Origin: Pseudomonadota bacterium
GTDB lineage: Bacteria; Pseudomonadota; Gammaproteobacteria; Steroidobacterales; Woeseiaceae
NCBI GenBank assembly: GCA_038524795.1
Contig: JBCBIJ010000014.1
Span: 5,441-69,440, forward strand
Reading direction: 5' to 3'
DNA length: 64,000 nt
Shown here: in pieces, positions 50,046 through 60,129 of the stretch
How the letters are laid out: the number at the start of each line of letters is the position of its first letter
Numbering within the stretch: the stretch's first letter is position 1
Translations under genes and position numbers: made by a program
The notes under the pieces: generated by a model
What the model saw: the letters and a program-made list of their open reading frames with translations, nothing else
What the model was told of the DNA's origin: nothing
Database searches by the model: none

Positions 50046-51179
50046 ATGCGTAATCGCCTGCTGCTCATCATCGGACTCATCGCCACGTTGTGGACGGCGA
50101 CGGCTGAATCTGCCGTACTGCCCGACGAGCGTACCGACTTGCTCTACCACCGCTACGAAGGTGACAACATCACCATCGAAGGTCCTTCGGTGCTGATTCG
50201 CAAGAACGTTGGCAAGAGTGTTTCCGTTTCAGCGAACTACTACGTCGACATGATCACGAGTGCATCGATCGACGTTGTGACGACGGCGAGTCCGTACGAG
50301 GAAGAGCGCAAGCAGGGCTCCATCGGTGTCGACTACCTGCGTGGCGGCACGATGATGTCATTCGGCCTGACGCGCAGCACGGAGTCCGATTTCGAAGCGG
50401 AGACCTGGAGCCTCGCGGTCAGCCAAAACCTGTTTGGTGACCTCACCACGGTTACGATCGCCTACAGCCTCGGTGACGACGTTGTCGGCATGTCCACCGA
50501 TGAGACATTCGCGCGCGATGTGGCGCGCCAGGCCTACGGCATCGGCATCAGCCAGATCTTCACCAAGAACCTCATCATGGGCTTCAATTTCGAAGCCATT
50601 ACCGACGAGGGCTTCTTGCGTAACCCGTACCGCTCGGTGCGCTATCTCAACGACGATGGCACGAGCTTCAGCTACCAAAGCGAGCGTTACCCGAACACGC
50701 GAACGAGTTCGGCTGCCTCCATCTCGGGTCGCTACTACCTGCCGTACCGCGCTGCGATTAACGGCCAGATCCGTGGCTTCTCCGATACCTGGGGCATCAC
50801 GTCGATGACCTATGAGCTCGGGTACACGCACCCATGGCGCGACTTCACGTTCTCGACGCGCGTGCGCTACTACACCCAGGACCAGGCCGACTTCTATTCG
50901 GATCTGTTCCCGCGTTTTGACTTCCAGAACTTCCTGGCGCGCGATAAGGAGCTCTCGACCTTTACGAGCACCACGTTCCGCGCCGCCGTGGCCTGGGACA
51001 TCGGGACCGACGGATTTGGGCCGTTCAGCAAAGCGCGACTCACCGCATTCTGGGACCACATCCTTTTCGACTACGAGAACTTCAGCGACCTGCGTGTTGA
51101 GGGCGTACTGCCCGGCGAGGAGCCGAATTTCACATTCGAAGCGGACGTCGTCCAGCTGCTGTTCTCAGTCTGGTACTGA
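50046..51179 (+). CDS. DUF3570-like outer-membrane beta-barrel protein
   Basis: Signal peptide followed by LLYHRYEGDNITIEGPS and long alternating beta-strands ending LLFSVWY. It follows DUF4266, a pairing I recall from other genomes. Confidence 0.6.
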   Translation: MRNRLLLIIGLIATLWTATAESAVLPDERTDLLYHRYEGDNITIEGPSVLIRKNVGKSVSVSANYYVDMITSASIDVVTTASPYEEERKQGSIGVDYLRGGTMMSFGLTRSTESDFEAETWSLAVSQNLFGDLTTVTIAYSLGDDVVGMSTDETFARDVARQAYGIGISQIFTKNLIMGFNFEAITDEGFLRNPYRSVRYLNDDGTSFSYQSERYPNTRTSSAASISGRYYLPYRAAINGQIRGFSDTWGITSMTYELGYTHPWRDFTFSTRVRYYTQDQADFYSDLFPRFDFQNFLARDKELSTFTSTTFRAAVAWDIGTDGFGPFSKARLTAFWDHILFDYENFSDLRVEGVLPGEEPNFTFEADVVQLLFSVWY

Positions 51180-52598
51180 TCCTGGCAGTGGCGGTGGCCG
51201 CCACTCACCGATGAACGCTTCGCGTTGCAGCACCACAAGTTGCAGCAGCGTGGCGGCAGCTGTGTCGATCGTATCCCCCACCACGACATAGGCGGTGCCG
51301 TCGCCCTCACGCGGTAGCGCGTGAACCAGACGCGCCTCCTCAGTGGCCCGTTTCCGGACTCGTTCGAGGGCCGCGGCGGGAATCCAGTTCGACAGTCGGC
51401 TCAATGTATCGGGCGTTGCAATCGCCACTACGGGTAGTGCCGCGTGTCGTTTTGCTGCCGTGCGCATACCGTCGGCAGTCACGACATCAACAAACGCCGT
51501 GGCTGGCGTGAGCCGTTCCTGAGCCAGGCGCTGAGCAGGCCCGAGCTCAGGATCCGTCAATACGAACGCCACCGTGTGCAGCGTGCTATCGAGTCGCCCG
51601 CACTCGCTGCCCAGCGCGTCACGCGCTATGCGGACGTAATCGCGTACGAACGCGGCACCGAGCATGTTGCCGTCCACCAGCTGCCGTTCCATTCTCGTGC
51701 GCAGCGCCTTGGCGATGCGGTCAACGCGAATGTCTGCGTAATAGGATTCCGGTAGCGCTTCATAGCTTGCGAACGCTGCGGGACCCAGCAGGCGCGATTC
51801 GACGATGCCGTTGCCGATGGCGCTCGCCACGGCCTCGTCAAAGAAGTGGTAGGCGGTAACGGCGCAGCTTCCAGGCGCCGACAGAAAGGCGTCGACGAGT
51901 TCGCGACGCTGAGCTTCGGGCATGCCTTCCTGCCAGTGGTGCACAAACTCATGCACGATGACCGGCAGGCGGCTGTCCGCCGTATCCGCCAAGGGCGTTT
52001 CCACATACGCGACCCGCTGACCCAGTGTGGCCAGGCTGCCGCTGCGTGCGCCTTCGATGGCGATCAGCGAGACAGGCGGCAGGTCATCCGATGATTGCCC
52101 GAACAGCGCGGCGATTTGTGGCAACAGAGTTTCCAGCTCGATGCGTGACGCGGCCGTTTCGAGCCCGATGCGTTGGCGCGCGAGTTCGGGCGCAATCTCT
52201 CGCTGCCAGGGCCGCGATGTCCGCCAGAGCAGTTTGTCGATCAGTGCGCGCCGCGCCGGGGGCGGTAACGCCCGTCCCGGTGCGGCGCCCGCCCGGTGCC
52301 GCGATGAGACATCACGCAGATCCGATGCCGTTGGCAGGGCGAGGGCGCCGGAGTCTTGAGCCGGCAAGGCCGTCCGCGCCGATTCACGCCAGCGCTCGAC
52401 ATCGCCGGCGTCGATGTAGTCGGCGAGCGGCAGCTGGTCGCGCGTGCAGCGGACGAGCCCGGCCAGGCAGTCCAGCTCGTAGCTCAGGTTGTCGATGTGC
52501 GTATGGCGCACATGAATGGGCGACAGTGTGCGCGCCTGCAGGGGGACGCAGGCAAGCAGCATCGCTAGTGTCACGACTCTCCGCATGGCGCAGAGCAT
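51165..52598 (-). CDS. exported HExxH protein (putative zinc metallopeptidase), unknown family
   Basis: Signal MRRVVTLAMLLACVPLQA and VIVHEFVHHW. Start is 52598 or 52586. Its 3' end overlaps the convergent DUF3570 gene by 15 nt. Confidence 0.5.
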   Translation of the reverse strand: MLCAMRRVVTLAMLLACVPLQARTLSPIHVRHTHIDNLSYELDCLAGLVRCTRDQLPLADYIDAGDVERWRESARTALPAQDSGALALPTASDLRDVSSRHRAGAAPGRALPPPARRALIDKLLWRTSRPWQREIAPELARQRIGLETAASRIELETLLPQIAALFGQSSDDLPPVSLIAIEGARSGSLATLGQRVAYVETPLADTADSRLPVIVHEFVHHWQEGMPEAQRRELVDAFLSAPGSCAVTAYHFFDEAVASAIGNGIVESRLLGPAAFASYEALPESYYADIRVDRIAKALRTRMERQLVDGNMLGAAFVRDYVRIARDALGSECGRLDSTLHTVAFVLTDPELGPAQRLAQERLTPATAFVDVVTADGMRTAAKRHAALPVVAIATPDTLSRLSNWIPAAALERVRKRATEEARLVHALPREGDGTAYVVVGDTIDTAAATLLQLVVLQREAFIGEWRPPPLPGSVPD

Positions 52599-52636
52599 AG
52601 GGTGCGGACTCGCGATCGGCAATTTCGCGGGCCCAC

Positions 52637-52672
52637 AAAAAACGCCGCGACCTTGCGGACGCGGCGTTCTTT
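52637..52672 (-). terminator. intrinsic terminator downstream of the MerR-family gene (bidirectional shape)
   Basis: AACGCCGCG-(10 nt)-CGCGGCGTT, flanked by an A-run upstream and TTCTTTC downstream. On the minus strand the stem is followed by TTTTTTG. Confidence 0.75.
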
Positions 52673-52721
52673 CAACAGGCGGTATCGCGCCAGCGTGGCG
52701 CCAAATGCCTATTCCTTTGGG

Positions 52722-53738
52722 CTATCGCCGTTTGGGTAAGAACCCTTCGGCTTCGGCCAGTGTGCCCAACGCTTCTTCCATGATGCTCCGGGCTTTGGCC
52801 GTCATGTGGTAGAGGTACGTGTGCAGCGCCGCATCCTGCTCATTGCGGTTTTCGCACTGTGCGCTGTATTCCTCAAACGCGCAGAGGTTCTGCACGAGGT
52901 CTGCCGTGTGCTTCGGACACTCGCATTCGACGGTCGTGCTCGTGCGTGCCAGCTGTGCCAACTCGACATCGTTGAATCGACGGCGTGGCACAGCTTCCTG
53001 CGGGTTGATCTCCAGTGCAGCGGCACCCGTGGGCGCCACGTCCTCGAGCACGGGGCGGTTTTCCGCGCCGCGACGCAGCAGCTGGTAGAGCGTCTGCGTG
53101 GTCACCGGTGAGCGCAGCAGTTCGACACGGTCGGCTGCCAGTGCCTCGAGATCCGCTTTTGTACCGAAGTTAAACAGCACAATGGCACGGCGCGTACCCG
53201 AGAGGCGGCGCAGGCGGGCCACGACCTGTCGCACTTCAGGGTCGATGACGGGGAACTCGAGCAGCAGAACGTCCGGCTCGATACTACGGATTTGCTCCGA
53301 GAACTCGTCGAGGTCAGTGGCGTTAATGCAGACTTCCATCTTGCCGGCGCTGTTCAGCCGCTCCGCAAGGTTCTCCAACGAGAAACCGCCGTAGGCAGCG
53401 ACACGAACGAGCCCCACCGAGGCGACCAGTTGCAGGCTGCTCGATTGTTCGATGAGCTGATCGCGACGCGACTTGAGCTCTTCTGTCGACAGGTTAGCGA
53501 TCTGACCAATCGACGACCCGTTGTCGGAGAGCGATTTGAGCAACGACAGTTTTTCGATGTCAGCTTTCGAATACACACGACGACCACTGTCAGTGCGGTC
53601 GGCAACGACAGCGCTGTAGCGTCGTTCCCAGATCCGCAGGGTGTGCGTCGAAATGCCCGTCAGTCGTGCAACAGCACCGATCGAGTAACCGGCAGATTTG
53701 GTATCTTCGTCAATAACGGCAGACTTCTCTGTAGCCAT
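52722..53738 (-). CDS. MerR family transcriptional regulator with flavodoxin-like middle domain and Cys-rich C-terminal domain
   Basis: GAGG RBS and ATG at 53738. The HTH is YSIGAVARLTGISTHTLRIWERRY. The C-terminus is VECECPKHTADLVQNLCAFEEYSAQCENRN. Confidence 0.8.
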   Translation of the reverse strand: MATEKSAVIDEDTKSAGYSIGAVARLTGISTHTLRIWERRYSAVVADRTDSGRRVYSKADIEKLSLLKSLSDNGSSIGQIANLSTEELKSRRDQLIEQSSSLQLVASVGLVRVAAYGGFSLENLAERLNSAGKMEVCINATDLDEFSEQIRSIEPDVLLLEFPVIDPEVRQVVARLRRLSGTRRAIVLFNFGTKADLEALAADRVELLRSPVTTQTLYQLLRRGAENRPVLEDVAPTGAAALEINPQEAVPRRRFNDVELAQLARTSTTVECECPKHTADLVQNLCAFEEYSAQCENRNEQDAALHTYLYHMTAKARSIMEEALGTLAEAEGFLPKRR

Positions 53739-53826
53739 GGGTGTACCTCGCAAGACGCTCGCGGTGCGTCTGGCAGTGGGGGTTGATCTTCGCGAGTTGG
53801 ACAATAGCACAGAAACCTATACATCG

Positions 53827-56800
53827 CTACTGCGTGTCGAGGTTTCTGCGATCTCTGTCGAAGAATGCCCTGAGGGCTGCCGTTGTATGCGAAACATCAT
53901 TTAATTCAGCGAGTTGCTTCGGTTTTCCCTGTGCAACGATGCGGCCACCCGCTGCACCACCTTCCGGACCCATGTCGATGATCCAGTCGGCTTCGGCAAT
54001 AATGTCGAGATTGTGTTCTATTATCAGTACCGAGTGCCCTGCATCGACGAGCCGGTGTAGGACCCGGATCAGTTTTTCGACGTCCGCCATGTGCAGCCCG
54101 ATGGTTGGCTCGTCGAGCACATAGAGCGTGTGCTGCGGATTGTCGACGGCCTCAAGTACGGGCCGCGCCGGGTCGGGGCGTGCCTTGGCCAGTTCACTGA
54201 CGAGCTTGATGCGCTGCGCCTCGCCACCTGACAGGGTGGGGCTTGGCTGGCCCAGTGTCAGGTAACCCAGGCCAACGGCGTCCAGCAGCTTGAGCGCGTG
54301 GTGGATTTTCGGGTGTGCAGCAAAGAATTCGACGGCATCCGAAACGGCCATCTGCAGAATGTCGCCGATGCTTTGGCCGCGGTAGCGGATCCCGAGGGTG
54401 TCGGGTGTGAAGCGCTTGCCGCCGCAGGCCTCACAGGGCACCTGTACGTCTGGCATGAAGCTCATCTCGATACGTCGCATGCCCTGGCCGTCACATTCGG
54501 GACAGCGACCCTCTTTGGTGTTGAACGAGAATCGGCTTGCCGTGTAGCCACGCATGCGCGCCTCGGGCGTTTGCGCGAATAGCTTGCGGATGTCGTCCCA
54601 GAACCCAACGTAGGTCGCGGGGCAGGAGCGTGGGGTCTTGCCGATCGGCGTTTGGTCAACCTCCAGCACGCGGCTGATCGATTCCCAGCCCTCAAGCGCC
54701 TGGCACCCGACAAGCGGTGCCTGTTTGCGCCCCCGCCGGCGACCCGCCGACACCAGACGGGCCACGTTGGTTTCGACGACGCCGCGAATGAGCGAGCTCT
54801 TGCCGCTGCCCGACACGCCGGTCACCGCGACAAGCGCGCCCAGGGGCAGGCGCGCTGAGACGCGCTTTAGATTGTTGAGTGTGGCCTGTTTGACGGCGAG
54901 TGCGGGTGCACTGCGCCGACGCGGGTTGACGTCTCGCGGCGTCTCGACAACGGGGTGTTGCAAGGGCTCACGGAGCATGCGGCCCGTGAGCGACTCGCTC
55001 GCGCGCTCGATACGGCGCAGGTTGCCCTCGGCAACGATTCGGCCGCCGCGTGTTCCGGCGCCCGGTCCGATGTCGATGATGTGCTGAGCGCCCCGGATCG
55101 TGTCCTCGTCGTGCTCGACCACCACGACCGTGTTGCCGCTCTTCTGCAAGGCCTGCAGCGTGCCCAGTAGTTTGGCGTTGTCGCGCGCGTGCAAGCCAAT
55201 CGTTGGTTCGTCGAGGATGTAGCAGACGCCGCGCAGATTGGAGCCGAGTTGTGCCGCGAGCCGGATGCGTTGCGCCTCGCCACCTGAAAGGGTCGGTGCG
55301 CTGCGCGACAACGTCAGATAACCAAGCCCAACTCGCTCGAGAAAGCCAAGTCTGCCTTCGAGTTCGGCGATGATGTCGCGCGCCACTTCAGCATCGCGGC
55401 CTTTGAGATTGAGGGTCGTGACCCAGGCCAGCGCATCGGAGACAGGCATATCGGCGTAGCTCGCAATATTCTGATCCCGGAAAGTGACCGCCAGGGCTTC
55501 TTCGTTGAGCCGGGCGCCGTTGCAGGTCCCGCAGGTCTCCTCCGACTCACTGGCCGTGCTGCGCCACCACTGCGTGTCGTCCTCTTCCTCATCGCTGTCG
55601 ATGCCCGTGCCCGAGCAACTGGGACACCACCCTCGTGGAGAGTTGTAGGAAAACAGGCGCGGATCGAGTTCCGGGAAGCTGCGAGCGCAGCTTGGGCAGG
55701 CGCGCACGGTCGAGTAGAGCGTATCGTCGCCATCGGCATTCACAATCACGTTGCCCTTGCCGAAATCGAGTGCGTCCGACAGCGCGGCATTCAGCGCCTG
55801 CTCCTTGCGCGCATCGATACGCATCGTGGCCACAGGTAGCTCGATGTTGTGCTCGACGAAGCGATCCAGCCGTGGCCAGGGATCCACCGGGGTGAGCTCG
55901 CCGTCCACGCGCAGGGTCTCGAAGCCCTTGCGGCCCGCCCACGCAGCGAGGTCTGTGTAATAGCCCTTGCGACCGATGACCAGCGGCGCAAGCAGCGTGA
56001 TGTCACAGCCCTTGTGTCGTTTCTGCAGCAGCGCTGAAATTTGTTCGGGCGTCTGCGGCTCGATGGGAACGTTGCAGTCAGGGCAGTGCGCCGTGCCCAG
56101 CTTGACGAACAACAGGCGCAAGAAGTGGTAGACCTCGGTCATCGTGCCGACGGTGCTTTTGCGGCCGCCGCGGCTCGTGCGCTGCTCAATGGCTACCGTG
56201 GGCGGTATGCCGAGGACGGCATCCACATCGGGCCGGCTCGCAGGTTGCACGAACTGTCGCGCGTAGGCGTTCAGAGACTCGAGGTAACGGCGCTGGCCTT
56301 CGTTAAAGAGGATGTCAAAGGCGACGGTGCTTTTGCCGCTTCCCGACACGCCCGTGATGACGGTGAAGGTGTCGCGCGGAATCGAAACATCGACGTCACG
56401 CAGGTTGTGTTCCCGCGCGTGGCGGATTTCGATGGCGCGCGCGGCGCGTTCGCGTTTCGCAGGCAGGTACTCGGCTGCAGTCTCCGCAGCCATTTGCATG
56501 GGGTCCTGAGTCTTGCGGTAGCGCCCCAGGGCAATACCCGTGTGGTTGTCCTTGGCATCGATGAGTCCCTCAACCGGACCGGCGTAGCCGAGCTTGCCGC
56601 CCCCTTCGCCACCTTCCGGACCCAGGTCGACGATCCAGTCGCTGGCGTCGATGACATCGAGGTTGTGCTCGATAACGACAATGCTGTGGCCCTCATCGAT
56701 GAGCTTGTCGAACGCGCCCAAGAGTCGTTCGATGTCGCTGAAGTGCAGCCCAGTGGTCGGCTCGTCGAACAGGAACAGCTTGCCTTTGCCGAACCGCTTC

Positions 56801-59340
56801 GACTGCGCCTCAACCAGGTGCTTGGCGAGCTTAAGCCGCTGTGCCTCGCCGCCTGACAGGGTGGGCACGGGCTGACCCAGCCTGAGGTAGTCAAGCCCGA
56901 CGTCAACAAGCGGCTGTAGTGATCGCGACACCGCCGGCGTCTCCGCAAAAAACGCGAGCGCCTCTGTCACGGTCATGTCCAGCACATCGGCAATCGACTT
57001 GGACGGGCCATCATCATTCGCGGGCCAGACGTGTACCTCCAGAATCTCGTCGCGAAAGCGCTTGCCATCGCACACAGGGCAGCGCAGGTACACGTCTGAG
57101 AGGAATTGCATCTCGACGTGCTCGTAGCCCGTGCCACCGCAATGCGGGCAGCGCCCATCGCCCGAGTTAAAGCTGAACTTCCCCGGCTTGTAGCCGCGTT
57201 CGACGGCCAGCGGCTGCTCGCAGAACTGCTTGCGTATGGCATCGAAGGCACCGACGAAGCTGGCCGGATTCGAGCGTGCGGTCTTGCCGATCTGCGCCTG
57301 GTCCACGTAGACCACGTTCTCGATGGCATCGGGGTTGACCAGGGTGTCGTGCGCGCCGGGTAGATCGCCGCCGCCGCCGAAGTGCCGCCGCAATGCCGGA
57401 TAGAGAACATCGCCGACGAGAGTTGATTTGCCGCTGCCCGAAACGCCTGTGACGCACACGAGCCCACCGAGCGGAAAGTCCACATCGATGTCTTGCAGAT
57501 TGTGCGCCCGTGCGCCACGCACTCCGACGCTTCCGCGGGCCGCATCGAGCTCCCGCCGCTGGCGGCAGTCAGCCACGCGCCGCTTCCCCGTCAGGTAGGC
57601 ACCCGTGCCTGAGCGGCGACGGGCAAGACCCTTGATGGTGCCGTTAAAGACAATCTGGCCGCCGCGCTCGCCGGGACCGGGACCGATGTCCACGATGCGG
57701 TCGGCGACGTGCATGATCTGCGGATCGTGCTCGACCACGATAAGCGTATTGCCTGCGTCACGCAGTCGCGTGAGCACCGCGTTAATGCGGCTGACGTCGC
57801 GCGGGTGCAGACCGATGGAGGGTTCATCGAGCACAAACAGCGTATTGACCAGCGACGTGCCGAGCGCCGTTGTCAGGTTGATGCGCTGCACTTCGCCACC
57901 GGACAACGTTCGTGATTGGCGGTCGAGCGTCAGGTAACCGAGCCCCGTTTCAGCGAGAAAGCTGATGCGCCCGCGGATCTCCTCAAGCAACAACTCCGCG
58001 GCCTCTGCCACGGCGGCCGGCGGTCGCCAGGCGTCGAAAAAAGCAGCCAATCGTGTGATCGGCAGCAGCATCAGCTCATGCATGTTGAGCCCAGGTGGCG
58101 CACCCTCTCGTGTGGCACCCGCTGCGTCGGTGGCGGCCTTGTCTCCGAGCCGCCAACGCAGGCCCGCCGGTTTCAGCCGTGCACCATTGCAGGCCGGGCA
58201 GGTTTCGTAACTGCGGTAGCGCGAGAGCATGACGCGCACGTGCATCTTGTAGGCCTTGCTCTCGAGCCAGTCGAAGAACGCTGTGACGCCGGGCCACAGG
58301 CCCTTGCTGACACTGCCCTCGCCGTCGAAGACCCAGGCCTGGTCATCGGCATCGAGGTCCTCCCATGGAGTGTTGACCGAAATGCCCGCTTTACGGGCGC
58401 GACGCAGCAGCCGCGTCTGCAGGTCGCTGTAGCTCTTGCCCTGCAGTGGCTTGATGGCGCCGTCCTCAAGCGACAGGCGTGGGTCGGGTACGACGAGCGC
58501 CCTGTCGATCCCCATGACGCGACCGAACCCCCGACAGGTCTCGCAGGCCCCCAGCGGCGAGTTAAACGAGAACATGCTCGGCGTGGCCGGGGAAAACTCA
58601 AGATCACAGCTCGCGCAATGCAGGCGCGATGAGAACCGCGCTGTGGCCTGGGCGTCCTCTTCGGCATCAAGGTCCACAATGGCGACGTGACCGTCACCCC
58701 GCGACAACGCTTCCTCGATGGCTTCGATGGCGCGCTCATAGCGGTCGGGGTCCAGCCGCAGTCGGTCCTGCACGACCTGCAACGCGTCATCGCGCCGTTT
58801 GAGGATGCGCGTGTACCCCTGTTGCGCCAGGAAGCGCTCGATTTCATCGGCAGAGAAATTCTCTGGTATCGCCGCCTCGAAGGTGATGGCGACGCGGCGG
58901 CCCGGCCAGCGCTCGAGCACAGCATCCCAAATGGACTGCGGGTGATCCTCTCGAACCAGTTCGCCGTTGACGTCGCAGTAAAGGTCGGCCGCCCGCGCGA
59001 ACAGGAGCTTCAGGTGGTCGTTGAGCTCGGTCATCGTGCCCACCGTTGACCGCGATGTGCGCACGGGATTGGTCTGATCGATGGCGATGGCGGGCGGGAT
59101 GCCGTCGATACGATCAACGGCAGGTTTGTCCATGCGGTCGAGGAACTGGCGCGCGTAGGGGGAGAAGGTCTCGACGTAACGGCGCTGGCCCTCGGCATAA
59201 ATCGTATCGAACGCCAGCGAGGACTTGCCACTGCCCGAGACGCCCGTGACGACAATGAGCTCACCGAGCGGCAGGTCAATGTCGACGTTGCGCAGGTTGT
59301 TCTGGCGGGCACCGCGGACGGCGATCCGGTCTCGGGCCAT
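53827..59340 (-). CDS. tandem-duplicated UvrA-like ABC ATPase (two fused UvrA units, four nucleotide-binding sites)
   Basis: 1837 aa from ATG 59340. Four Walker A sites are present: [36 protein letters not shown] and [12 protein letters not shown]. There are four LSGGE signatures and UvrA zinc modules (CASC..CETC, CPHC..CPVC, CPDC, CPSC..CPSC, CPEC..CEAC). Confidence 0.9.
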   Translation of the reverse strand: MARDRIAVRGARQNNLRNVDIDLPLGELIVVTGVSGSGKSSLAFDTIYAEGQRRYVETFSPYARQFLDRMDKPAVDRIDGIPPAIAIDQTNPVRTSRSTVGTMTELNDHLKLLFARAADLYCDVNGELVREDHPQSIWDAVLERWPGRRVAITFEAAIPENFSADEIERFLAQQGYTRILKRRDDALQVVQDRLRLDPDRYERAIEAIEEALSRGDGHVAIVDLDAEEDAQATARFSSRLHCASCDLEFSPATPSMFSFNSPLGACETCRGFGRVMGIDRALVVPDPRLSLEDGAIKPLQGKSYSDLQTRLLRRARKAGISVNTPWEDLDADDQAWVFDGEGSVSKGLWPGVTAFFDWLESKAYKMHVRVMLSRYRSYETCPACNGARLKPAGLRWRLGDKAATDAAGATREGAPPGLNMHELMLLPITRLAAFFDAWRPPAAVAEAAELLLEEIRGRISFLAETGLGYLTLDRQSRTLSGGEVQRINLTTALGTSLVNTLFVLDEPSIGLHPRDVSRINAVLTRLRDAGNTLIVVEHDPQIMHVADRIVDIGPGPGERGGQIVFNGTIKGLARRRSGTGAYLTGKRRVADCRQRRELDAARGSVGVRGARAHNLQDIDVDFPLGGLVCVTGVSGSGKSTLVGDVLYPALRRHFGGGGDLPGAHDTLVNPDAIENVVYVDQAQIGKTARSNPASFVGAFDAIRKQFCEQPLAVERGYKPGKFSFNSGDGRCPHCGGTGYEHVEMQFLSDVYLRCPVCDGKRFRDEILEVHVWPANDDGPSKSIADVLDMTVTEALAFFAETPAVSRSLQPLVDVGLDYLRLGQPVPTLSGGEAQRLKLAKHLVEAQSKRFGKGKLFLFDEPTTGLHFSDIERLLGAFDKLIDEGHSIVVIEHNLDVIDASDWIVDLGPEGGEGGGKLGYAGPVEGLIDAKDNHTGIALGRYRKTQDPMQMAAETAAEYLPAKRERAARAIEIRHAREHNLRDVDVSIPRDTFTVITGVSGSGKSTVAFDILFNEGQRRYLESLNAYARQFVQPASRPDVDAVLGIPPTVAIEQRTSRGGRKSTVGTMTEVYHFLRLLFVKLGTAHCPDCNVPIEPQTPEQISALLQKRHKGCDITLLAPLVIGRKGYYTDLAAWAGRKGFETLRVDGELTPVDPWPRLDRFVEHNIELPVATMRIDARKEQALNAALSDALDFGKGNVIVNADGDDTLYSTVRACPSCARSFPELDPRLFSYNSPRGWCPSCSGTGIDSDEEEDDTQWWRSTASESEETCGTCNGARLNEEALAVTFRDQNIASYADMPVSDALAWVTTLNLKGRDAEVARDIIAELEGRLGFLERVGLGYLTLSRSAPTLSGGEAQRIRLAAQLGSNLRGVCYILDEPTIGLHARDNAKLLGTLQALQKSGNTVVVVEHDEDTIRGAQHIIDIGPGAGTRGGRIVAEGNLRRIERASESLTGRMLREPLQHPVVETPRDVNPRRRSAPALAVKQATLNNLKRVSARLPLGALVAVTGVSGSGKSSLIRGVVETNVARLVSAGRRRGRKQAPLVGCQALEGWESISRVLEVDQTPIGKTPRSCPATYVGFWDDIRKLFAQTPEARMRGYTASRFSFNTKEGRCPECDGQGMRRIEMSFMPDVQVPCEACGGKRFTPDTLGIRYRGQSIGDILQMAVSDAVEFFAAHPKIHHALKLLDAVGLGYLTLGQPSPTLSGGEAQRIKLVSELAKARPDPARPVLEAVDNPQHTLYVLDEPTIGLHMADVEKLIRVLHRLVDAGHSVLIIEHNLDIIAEADWIIDMGPEGGAAGGRIVAQGKPKQLAELNDVSHTTAALRAFFDRDRRNLDTQ

Positions 59341-59529
59341 GTCAGGCTGCTCCGGTTTGGCGGGGGTTGGCGTCGCGCCACAGCGGGCGAATGATGCGAC
59401 CGGCGGCAAGCTGACACGCGGCCGCAGCGGGACAGCCGTTATACTGTGCCCGCGCCGTTGCAACAACGTCGACCCCGCCCGGACAACCCGAACCGCCTCG
59501 CAAACAGGCAGCGCGACATCAGGACCCCC

Positions 59530-60129
59530 ATGCAGGACGATACTTTTCCGCCCGTGATTTTCTTTCTGTTGCTGAGCAACGCGCTGATTTTTGTCGGCGG
59601 CCAGTTCATGCCTCAGTTCGGGCTGATCATGTACGCCAATTTCGCGCTGTTCTCGATCCCGGACCTATTCGCGCTGTGGCAGCCTGTGACCTATTCGTTT
59701 CTCCACGGCAGCGTCACGCACCTTGTTGTCAACATGTTTGCGCTATGGATGTTCGGGCGCACGATGGAGATTGTCTGGGGTTCCCGGCGGTTCCTGATCT
59801 ACTACTTTGTGTGCGTACTGGGCGCCGCGGCGGCGCAGCTCGCACTCGCCGCCATCACAGGGCGGCCGTCGATCACGGTCGGTGCCTCTGGCGGTGTATT
59901 CGGCGTCCTCCTGGCGTTCGGCATGACCTTTCCGAACCAGCGAATTCTGCTGTTGTTCCCGCCCATCCCCCTGCCGGCAAAGTACTTTGTGCTGCTGTAC
60001 GGGTTTGTTGAGCTGTACCTCGGTTTCACACGCGCCAATTCTGGCGTGGCGCATTTCGCCCACCTCGGCGGCATGGTCGTCGGGCTCGTGCTCATCTTGT
60101 ACTGGCGCTCGCAGCGCCGAATCCGCTAA
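59530..60129 (+). CDS. rhomboid family intramembrane serine protease
   Basis: GASGGVFG (catalytic Ser), HFAHLGG (catalytic His) and HGSVTHLVVNM. 199 aa with 6 TM segments. Confidence 0.85.
   Translation: MQDDTFPPVIFFLLLSNALIFVGGQFMPQFGLIMYANFALFSIPDLFALWQPVTYSFLHGSVTHLVVNMFALWMFGRTMEIVWGSRRFLIYYFVCVLGAAAAQLALAAITGRPSITVGASGGVFGVLLAFGMTFPNQRILLLFPPIPLPAKYFVLLYGFVELYLGFTRANSGVAHFAHLGGMVVGLVLILYWRSQRRIR

Noticed and set aside
59432-59447. ACAG-N8-CTGT inverted repeat in the promoter region of the UvrA-like gene, considered as a LexA/SOS box.
   Set aside because: The gammaproteobacterial SOS box is CTGT-N8-ACAG. This motif has the half-sites in the opposite order, which is not equivalent on either strand.
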